9,840 nucleotides of DNA. Origin: Octopus sinensis (lineage: Eukaryota). The position numbers were made by a program, and so were the translations under genes. The stretch spans positions 1 to 9,840 of the forward strand of contig NW_021827657.1 in assembly GCF_006345805.1 (NCBI RefSeq), in the 5' to 3' direction. Below, piece after piece: positions 1 to 7,626 of this stretch; position 1 is the stretch's first letter; each line of letters begins with the position of its first letter. The notes under the pieces are model-generated. The model was not told the DNA's origin, searched no databases, and worked only from the letters and a program-made list of their open reading frames with translations.

Positions 1-242
1 TTATGTAAAAAAAATAACAAAGACTCTTATGTAAACATTAATAAACAATAGGAGACAATGTATATAAAAGGCAAAATGAGTTTTAAGATATTGGGAAAGG
101 ACATGGAGAAATTGATGTCAGATGTGAATTGGTTGCGTGTGTCAGTTGCCATTGTCTCTAAAATATTCCTTATCTTTTTATCTTGGTTGTCCTTCACTGG
201 CGACGATGACCCACCCGCGAAATTTTTGTTTTTCCAAGCGAG

Positions 243-290
243 TTCCGGACCCCAGTGATGAGCTCATTTGCATACAGCCAATCAGAGCAG
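243..290. promoter_or_regulatory. Promoter-like motif cluster: ETS-like TTCCGG, octamer ATTTGCAT, CCAAT box
   Basis: TTCCGG 243-248, ATTTGCAT 266-273, AGCCAATCAG 276-285 (NF-Y consensus match). Motif match only; no linked gene visible. Confidence 0.3.
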
Positions 291-544
291 AGCCACTTTT
301 ACCCTTTCTCCCTTTCTAGTCAGCACCTGTTTTCCTTACCCTTTCCCTCTCTACTGGCAGACAGCAACCTTTGTGTCTCTACCTGTCAGGCAAACGAATA
401 AATGTAAATAATTTTGATTCCTTCTTGATTTTGATCCTTCGATGGTCTCTGGTTACTCCGACGTTGGCATAATAATATATTTGCCCAAACTGAAATGCTG
501 GAGTGCTTTCATTCTTTCAAGAAAAACGTTTTAAAAAAGTTATA

Positions 545-776
545 GAGGTTTAAAATTTGATAATTTTCACCCAGTCAGGTGATAAGATAAGGTCACTTGA
601 TTAAAGAATGGCCATGCTTTTTTGACTGCTGTGTCGCCATTTTTCGGTGTATTTGAACCAGAAAAATGTTCACTTAAAGAGAATAACAAGCTACATAATG
701 CAAAAGTTTTACTTTTCAAAACTTCCAATTCTAAAGGGTCGAAACAAACCCGAGCAACGCCGGGCTGTACTGCTAG
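545..776 (+). mobile_element. Helitron (non-autonomous) 3' portion; left boundary undetermined
   Basis: GC-rich hairpin CCCG(A)GC-AAC-GCCGGG at 749-764, 8-nt spacer, CTAG at 773-776, immediately followed by T of a (TA)n tract. This is the canonical Helitron 3' end with an A|T target. No 5' TC end identified; the start coordinate is approximate. Confidence 0.65.
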
Positions 777-795
777 TATATATATATATATATAT
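777..795. repeat. (TA)n microsatellite
   Basis: Pure TA run directly after the Helitron CTAG. Confidence 0.95.
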
Positions 796-924
796 GACCA
801 TACTGTTCGTTTATATGTCATTGCTCAATTTGAATTATTTTCCTTAACTCATTTTTATTTAATTTATACAAATGGTTCTTCTCCTTTTTGCCTATGTCTA
901 CGTTTTTGGGCTGCTGGAGATAAT

Positions 925-959
925 CCGGAAATGGGCGCGCATGCACGAATGCAAATTGC
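925..959. promoter_or_regulatory. ETS + NRF1-like + octamer motif cluster
   Basis: CCGGAAAT 925-932, GCGCATGCAC 937-946, ATGCAAAT 949-956; motif match only. Confidence 0.25.
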
Positions 960-1220
960 TTCTACATAACAAATTCTTGCATTTGTGTGGCGCACAATAA
1001 CGGTGGTGGTCATGGCAGGTTGATAGTTATTGCTGGCTGGGATTTCGCAGTGTGGTCTGGTTCTCGCATGTTCCTTTCTTGAAGTCGTTGAGTTTGTGCA
1101 GCTTTTAGTTTTTTTTTTACATCATCGGATACGGTTGAGCGCCATCCCGTCAATGAGATCTCTTGCCCCACTTATTTCTGTTAGGTCTGGTGCATCTTGT
1201 ATGCATAAAATAGCTGATGT

Positions 1221-1700
1221 ACACACACACACACACACACACACCACACGCACGCACACACACACACAAACAGGCACGCACACACACGTCTTCAAATGCA
1301 TTTGTATGAATACTTGTAGGACTTTGCGTGTATATAAAATGTATTTCAAATTACACACACACACACACATATATACACACACATATACAGAAAACTGCGC
1401 ACACATCTTACACACATATTGCACACATACACACACCATATACTTTAAACGCATCCCTATAAATATATACGCACACATACGTATATAGATACATACATAC
1501 GTACATACACACACCATATATATATATATATAATAATACTATATATATATATATATATAATATATATATATATGCATATATATATAATGTATATATGTAT
1601 ACATACACATATATATGCTTACATACACACACATACACACACACACACTCACATACACGCACATGTATCTATGTATGTTTAAACATATGTGTATATTTGT
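1221..1700. repeat. Compound (CA)n/(TA)n/(CATA)n microsatellite
   Basis: Interrupted dinucleotide runs throughout. Confidence 0.95.
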
Positions 1701-1823
1701 AATATGCATGTTAGCATTATTAAATTACTCAACAAAGAACAAAAATATAGCCATTCCATGTATTGACATTAGCAGAAAGCATGAAATTATGGTTAGACTC
1801 ATCGAAAATGCAGATCTTAAGGC

Positions 1824-1968
1824 AAGAAGAAGAAGAACAACAACAACAACAACAGCAACAACAATAGAATGAACATCATCATCATCATTATCATCATCAT
1901 CATTATTATTATCTCCCATTAGTTTCTTTCTCCATCAAACAATAACAACAACAACAGCAACAACAATA
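1824..1968. repeat. Compound trinucleotide repeats (AGA)n,(ACA)n,(CAT)n,(ATT)n
   Basis: Seen directly. Confidence 0.9.
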
Positions 1969-2628
1969 ACGCCATTTACAAATAAACAACACAATTCTAA
2001 AGAAGCTGATACAAATAAATATACTAAAAAAACAAAACAAAGAGAGAGAGACATTATAGACGGCGCTGGATAAGTGAAACAAGGTTCGACAGACTGCTAC
2101 CGGAAATGTACCAAAAAAACAAATATATATATATATAACCAAAGCATAGAAGCATAGCAGACAGAAGAATACTTTACAGAATCTGATACGACAAAGAACA
2201 AAACAAAACAAAAAAATGGCAAAATTAAAAAAAAAAATGAAAAAAATGATATTAATGCCAATTCTGACAACTATGGCAAAACAAAAACAATAACAAAGAC
2301 TGCGATAAACACCGAAGTTGGAGAAGAACAAGAACAAGAACAAAAAGAAGAACGGAAAACGAAAGGTTCTTAGAAAATGTACAGAAATTAGGAAGGAAAG
2401 AATTTACCATTAGACCATGAGGTCATGTGACATAGGCTGGAGATAGAAAAATAAAAATAATAACAAGAATATGAACGAAGAGGACATTTTGAGGGATAAA
2501 AACGCCAATGGCAAAGACAAGAACGACAATAACAGCAACAAATGATCCAGTCCGAAACTGTGGAAGAAGAATCTCGGGGCTGGTGTTGTGGTTGGTTCTG
2601 ACTAGTTTTGAGCCCAGTTTTCCCCGCC

Positions 2629-2994
2629 CTTCATATTTTGAGGTCGCTAGGTTTTCTAGAACTTGGAGACCTAATCTTCATCAAATCACTTTCTCGAAAC
2701 TAGAAAGGACACATTGGATGATGTAACTCTTGATAAACTTACTACAAAATGTAGAACTTATCTTCATCAAATCACATCGCATTGCCTTAAAGCACAAACA
2801 TTGGATGATGTACTTCTTGGTGGACTCCATATTATTGCCTTAAAACAGGCATTGCCTTAAAATAGGGATATTAGATGATGTAGTTCTTGATTTATTTCAT
2901 ATTATTGCCTTAAAACAGAGACATAGAATGATGTAGTTCTTGATGGACTTCATATTTTGAGATCGCTAAGATTTCGGAAGAAGTTGGAGACCTA
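2629..2994. repeat. Degenerate modular tandem repeat (minisatellite-like)
   Basis: 36-bp module ACATTGGATGATGTAGTTCTTGATGGACTTCATATT at 2711 (partial), 2798, 2868, 2921; ATTGCCTTAAA at 2781, 2834, 2851, 2904; ATCTTCATCAAATCAC at 2674, 2760; 45/47-bp direct repeat at 2629-2673 and 2948-2994. Confidence 0.9.
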
Positions 2995-3200
2995 TGTGTG
3001 TGAGTGTGAGTGTGTGTGTGTGTGTGTGCGTGCGCGCGTGTGTGCAAACGCTTGTGTTTAGCAGTTTATGTGTGCTTGTTCAGGTGGTGTGTGCATGTGT
3101 ATAGTGTGTTTTTGCGGGCGAAAGTTGTCTGTGTTTATGCGTGTCGCGTGTGTATGTATGTGTGTATATTGTTTGTGTTCAGGCGTTTTGTGTTTTTCGG
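2995..3200. repeat. Degenerate (GT)n microsatellite
   Basis: Seen directly. Confidence 0.9.
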
Positions 3201-3295
3201 AGTGAATTCTGTGTGTTGGGGAGGAATGCTTAGAGGTGTGAAATGGGACGGGGGTGGCGAGAGATAGGAGATAAGAAGTGGGATGTATGTAATTG

Positions 3296-3701
3296 ATATT
3301 CTATTGTCTAGACGACGATGGTATCGTGAACAGAAACTGCCATTCTTCTGATCAGATGACATCCGCTCGAATAAAACAGAATTACTCTACAGTTCAGATG
3401 ACGTCGTTTCATAAGAGAAATTCTGTACCGCGAAGAGGATGTTGGGTCGTAAAATGAAATCTCCTCTACTTTGTAGACGACATTAGGTCGTAAAACGGGA
3501 CAATTACCTTTCTGTGTAGATGTCATAAAGTTGTAAAAAGGATGATAAAGTATTTTATTGTTTAGACGCGGTTACTTAATAAAAAGAAGCAGTTATTCTG
3601 TTGTCTAGAGGACGTTGGTTTCGTTCGTAAAACGAAAGTTATTCTACTATGTAGACGACGCTGGGATGTAAAATAACGAATGGTTATTACCCTGTCTTAT
3701 T
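3296..3701. repeat. Degenerate tandem array, 9 units of ~43 bp
   Basis: AGAYGAC-like anchors at 3310, 3354, 3396, 3434, 3475, 3518, 3564, 3607, 3653; consensus approx. TTATTCTAYTGTCTAGACGAC-N6-TCGTAAAA-N6-10. Confidence 0.8.
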
Positions 3702-3862
3702 AAAGCAAAATATTAAGGGGTTAAAAAAAACAAACAAACAAACGAAATCCCCCAAAAGACCAAACAAAGAGAAACATTATTTCATAGTAGCATATGCTGT
3801 TTGATTGATGTCTTTGTAGACAATGTTAAATGTCTTCTTCCGCCTTCGTTTCTTCTTCGTCG

Positions 3863-3878
3863 TCATCATCTTCATCCT

Positions 3879-3932
<54 letters not shown>
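3863..3932. repeat. (CAT)n microsatellite
   Basis: Seen directly. Confidence 0.95.
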
Positions 3933-4080
3933 TCAACAGTAACAGCAAAACAAACATAATTGTTGTAAAACATATTAAAATCTCATATTTGTGTGAGAGA
4001 CAGGAAACCGGAAGTTGTAATAGAAACATCGTAAATAAATAAAAAAAAATGTCAGGCTAACACCATAACAACCACCGAAG

Positions 4081-4303
4081 TAATAATAATCCTTTCCACT
4101 AAAAGCACAGCGCCTGATATTTGTCGGTAGGGGGACTGGCCGATTACATCGACCCCCAGCGTTTCACTGGTACTTAATTTATCGATCGCGAAGGAACGAA
4201 AGGCAAAGTCGACCTCGGCGGAATTTGAACCTAGAACGTAGCGAAGGGCGAAATACCATTAAGCATTTCGTCCGACGTGCGACGATTCTGTCAGCTCGCC
4301 GCC
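4081..4303 (-). mobile_element. tRNA-derived SINE (octopus-type, GGCGGCGAGCTG head) with (ATT)n tail
   Basis: Minus strand starts GGCGGCGAGCTGACAGAATCG (A box, 4283-4293); B box GGTTCAAATTCC (4220-4231); ends GAAAGG(ATT)n. Family recognised from recalled octopus SINE consensus. Confidence 0.88.
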
Positions 4304-4305
4304 TC

Positions 4306-4388
<83 letters not shown>
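4306..4388. repeat. (AAT)n microsatellite
   Basis: Near-pure run with one interruption at ~4348. Confidence 0.97.
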
Positions 4389-4389
<1 letters not shown>

Positions 4390-4790
4390 CCTTGATTCTT
4401 AGAAAGAGGATTATCAGTTTTTGGAAAGGAGATGCCACAGGCCACTCGGAGTTATTCTTCTTGGCTCAGATTAGTTTGATTTTATGCAAATTGCATAGGC
4501 CATAAATGTGTTCTTTTTTTATATATGTCTCTGTCCATTGGCTGCTGGAGACAGAGAAGGACAACTGTCGTGCTGATGACGCCTATGAGGCAGAAACACG
4601 CGTACGCTACTAATCTCTTGTCTCTAGATAATATGCCTGTCCTTTTCCTTAATGGCATGTTATCCTTGGAGAATTCCTGATTCCTCAGATTGTTCCTCCT
4701 TCTCATATGAAGCCGACAACAATAACCATTTGGTAATTCCATTAAGATTCTTTCCTGATTGTCAAACGAATGGAAAGCTACTGGAAACTT
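4389..4790 (+). mobile_element. Probable Penelope-like element (PLE) pseudo-LTR remnant; boundaries approximate
   Basis: Inferred from the embedded minimal hammerhead with a short, near-palindromic stem III, a known hallmark of PLE pLTRs. No RT or GIY-YIG coding remnant recognised. Confidence 0.45.
4567..4610 (+). ncRNA. Minimal type I hammerhead ribozyme (PLE-type)
   Basis: Stem I GTCGTG (4567-72)/CGCTAC (4605-10), 5 of 6 pairs; core CTGATGA 4573-79; stem II GCCT-ATG-AGGC 4581-91; GAAA 4593-96; stem III AC-[ACGC]-GT; cleavage triplet GTA 4602-04. Confidence 0.75.
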
Positions 4791-5127
4791 AAGATTTTAG
4801 GATATCAAAGAAACTAATCTAAAGACACCAATTTAGAGTAATTAGCCTTTTGGGCATATTTATAGATATTTTGTTTAAGGATATATGTAATAAAAGCGAG
4901 GAATAATTACCGAACTTCTCTTTGCAGCTTAACTAGTATTCTTATGAAGATTCAAACATAAGAATATGGGTTGAAGAAGGAGTGTTGGTCATGGAAGGAG
5001 ATTATGTAGTTTTAGTAACATGTCCAAACATTAGTATTAGAAATAAAGAGAAACAGCACAACCAGGAATCGAGATGGTGCCATTGGTAAAAATGACCGAA
5101 AATTTGTTATATATATATATATATATA

Positions 5128-5494
5128 TGTGTGGTAAGTAGCTTGCTAACAACCACACGGTTGCGGGTTCAGTCCCACTGCGTGGCATCTTGGGCAAGTG
5201 TCTTCTGCTATAGCCCGGGCCGACCAATGCCTTTGTGTGGATTTGGTAGACGGAAACTGAAAGAAGCCTGTCGTATATATGTATATATATATGTATGCGT
5301 GTGTTTGTGTGTCTGTGTTTGTCCCCCTAACATTGCTTGACAACCGATGCTGGTGTGTTTAGGTCCCCGTCACCTAGCGGTTCGGCAAAAAGAGACCGAT
5401 AGAATAAGTACTAAAAGGTGGTGCTCCAGCATGGCCGCAGTCAAATGACTGAAAAAAAAAACAAGAGTAAAAGAAGTAAAAAGAGAGTAAAGAG
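5128..5494 (+). mobile_element. tRNA-derived CORE-type SINE (octopus), slightly 5'-truncated, with internal TA/TG tract
   Basis: Partial A box TGTGTGGTAAG; B box GGTTCAGTCCC 5166-5176; MIR-CORE-like CTTGGGCAAGTGTCTT 5189-5204; internal microsatellite ~5274-5315; (GAGTAAAA)-like tail. Family assignment from recalled consensus. Confidence 0.9.
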
Positions 5495-5594
5495 ATATAT
5501 ATATATATATATAGTATAATATATGTATATATATATATATATTTATATATTTATATATATATATTTATTATATATATTTATTTATATATTATAT

Positions 5595-5667
<73 letters not shown>
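5495..5667. repeat. (TA)n microsatellite
   Basis: Long TA tract with A/T interruptions. Confidence 0.97.
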
Positions 5668-5670
<3 letters not shown>

Positions 5671-5713
5671 TTCTACAAAGGTTTCGGGCCGACCACAACC
5701 TTGTGATGGATTT

Positions 5714-5717
<4 letters not shown>
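5668..5717 (+). mobile_element. Internal fragment of the same SINE family as 5128-5494
   Basis: Aligns to ~5200-5252; shared CGGGCCGACCA (5685-5695 vs 5216-5226) and TGGATTT.GTA. Confidence 0.8.

Positions 5718-5745
<28 letters not shown>
5716..5745. repeat. (TA)n microsatellite
   Basis: Seen directly. Confidence 0.95.
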
Positions 5746-5748
<3 letters not shown>

Positions 5749-5751
5749 GGT

Positions 5752-5838
5752 GAAGACGCATGGCTTAGTGGTTAGGATGCTGTACTCATGATTGCGAGAT
5801 CGTGGGTTCGATTCCCAGGCTAGGCGTTGCGTTGTGTT
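5752..5838 (+). mobile_element. SINE tRNA-derived head (3'-truncated)
   Basis: A box TGGCTTAGTGG 5761-5771; B box GGTTCGATTCC 5805-5815; anticodon arm does not pair; about two-thirds identical to the head of the SINE at 6168-6470. Confidence 0.8.
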
Positions 5839-6167
5839 GTGTGTATTGCTGTATTTTGTGTAAGTCATTTTGCTAATAAAAAAAAAAACACGCACAAAAT
5901 GGCGAAAGAGTAGATGAAGTTTAAAAGGATAAAAGTCAGAAGAAAAACAAGATGTGTTGCTCCAAATATAATTTGAATAAAGGACATTGCTGGAGAGACC
6001 GACGTGGCTAGAAAACATCAAACCAGAACTATTAAGGGCGAAAAGCTCCACTATTCTGAGGAAGTAATAAAAACATATTGCTAAGAGAAAACAAATATGT
6101 CCGACGCTTAAATCCCAGCTTCGAAAACTGCTGACTCGGAAATATTCTAAGCGATCTGATAAATCAT

Positions 6168-6470
6168 CACCATGATCACCGTGACCGACCAGGCTATCAG
6201 ATGTTGCAACATATCGCTGGTCACAATGCGCTTCGCATTGTTTTAGCCTTCAAATGACGCCACCCCGCTGGCTAAGCGAGCAGGCCAACAGAAGAAAGAG
6301 TGAGAAAAATTTGTGGCGAAAGAGGACTGCAGGGTTCGTCACCACCCCCTGCCGGAGCCTCGTGGAGCTTTAGGTGTTTTCGCTCAATAAACGCTCAAAA
6401 CGCCCGGTCGAAACTGCGATCCTACGACCGTGAGTCCGCTGCCCTTACCACTGGGCCATTGCGCCTCCAC
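6168..6470 (-). mobile_element. Full-length tRNA-derived SINE with 12-bp target site duplication
   Basis: Minus strand starts GTGGAGGCGCAATGGCCCAGTGG (A box 6448-6458) and ends in a TCACGGTGA-type repeat tail; flanked by identical CTGATAAATCAT at 6156-6167 and 6471-6482. Confidence 0.92.
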
Positions 6471-6999
6471 CTGATAAATCATATTGTATCTTTAAGGAAA
6501 TTATTTTTCCCAATTTTTTTTCGCCAAATACTATTAGTATGTCAATAAAATAAACGATGTGGGATTTGAACAACCAAATAAACAAGAATAACCGGTATTG
6601 TGAAGACAAATTAAATATCTTCTTCGGCCCGCAGATGTTTCCCCAGTTTGGGGCTTAGCTCCTCTTTGACGTCATTAAGTTGGCGGAAGATAACTATAAA
6701 ACTGGATTCTATATTGCTCTCAGTTCCGATATCATTTTCCGAAGACCATATATCGATGCTCTAAAAATTGCATAAGATTCGTGGGAATGTTCAGCAGACG
6801 GACACAACTAAATCACTGATATGGATTCTGGACTGGTAATCCATTACTTAATCGAGTGAATAATATCACACACCACGATGAATTATCAAAAGGAAAGTGC
6901 TTCGTAATAGACAGATTATATACACATAATCTGTGACCAAAACATTATCAATGAAGTATTTTGAATGATCGATAAGTTGAGAGAAGTTTCGAAGTATGA

Positions 7000-7029
7000 T
7001 GAGGTTGATACAAAAATAATTGCTGTTTG
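7000..7029 (+). repeat. Mariner left terminal inverted repeat
   Basis: TGAGGTTGATACAAAAATAATTGCTGTTTG; 24/30 match to the Hsmar1 TIR as recalled (TTAGGTTGGTGCAAAAGTAATTGCGGTTTT). Confidence 0.85.
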
Positions 7030-7193
7030 TTATTATTGATGATTCAAAGTTTGATGGTTGCGTTAGAAGAAACTTCTATTTAATTATGTTCGTTCACATA
7101 ATAAATGACTTTGAAGCGTAGACGTTGTTAGTCGATTTTATGCCAATGGTTTTGCTTTCGCGGTTGTTGTTGCTGTTTAGTTTAACTTGTGAA

Positions 7194-7626
7194 ATGTTGC
7201 GACGGAAAGAACTCAAGATTCGAGCGATTTTATTGTAGGAATTCGAAACGGAACGCAAAGCCATAGGAACTGTTTGCAATATGAACCTAATGTTTGAGCG
7301 GAAGATGGTCAACTAATGCACAGTTCAAGGGTGGTTTCGAAAATTACGCAATGACGAAACTTGATGATGTGAATGGATATCGATGAGATTCTGAGACTGA
7401 TAACAATCATTTGAAAGCAATTGTTGATGAAGATCCATCAAAAACAAGAATTGCCCGAAAACTAAATTTCGACCATTTTACATTTGTTAGACATTTGCAC
7501 CTGATAGGAAAATTAAAAGAAGGGGTCACCAAACGGGTGTCACTTGAGCGCAACAAAACTAATAAGGTGCTCGATCGTATTTTGACGGGACGAAAACTGG
7601 ATTCTGTCGACAATCAACGGTGTTTG
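7194..7626 (+). pseudogene. Mariner transposase pseudogene, N-terminal part (HTH region to first catalytic Asp)
   Basis: MLRRKELKIRAILL*EFETERKA..TVQGWFRKLR..LKAIVDEDP..LNFDHFTFVRHLHLIGK..KRVSLE (WVPHEL remnant)..LDRILT-G-DENWIL-DN; stops at 7236 and 7314 plus frameshifts; first catalytic D at 7589-7591. Confidence 0.9.

Noticed and set aside
254-296. Hammerhead-like look: GTGATGA-GCTC...GAGC-AGAG
   Set aside because: Core is GUGAUGA rather than CUGANGA, and there is no GAAA or NUH with stems I and III
1150-1195. Minus-strand peptide CTRPNRNKWGKRSH* with an amidation-like GKR
   Set aside because: Only 14 codons, weak acceptor next to a (GT)n tract, no match to a neuropeptide family I recognise; expected by chance
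1030-2343. ORF-track ORFs of 60-152 aa (HT/VC/YI/poly-T, F-rich)
   Set aside because: Translations of (CA)n, (TA)n, trinucleotide and A-rich tracts; no domain signal
3296-3701. CRISPR-array interpretation of the 43-bp repeat
   Set aside because: Eukaryotic context, no cas genes, repeats far from identical, variable parts only 6-10 nt
4482-4742. 86-aa minus-strand ORF across the hammerhead
   Set aside because: No recognisable RT, GIY-YIG or other motif; antisense to the ribozyme
5755-5825. Possible tRNA-Met gene (loop CTCATGA)
   Set aside because: Anticodon and acceptor stems do not pair; homologous to the SINE head at 6398-6466
6056-6101. Second hammerhead candidate: CTGAGGA, AGTAATA/TATTGCT hairpin, GAAAA, GTC
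   Set aside because: Extra AAGA between stem II and GAAA, an extra A before stem III, and no stem I pairing
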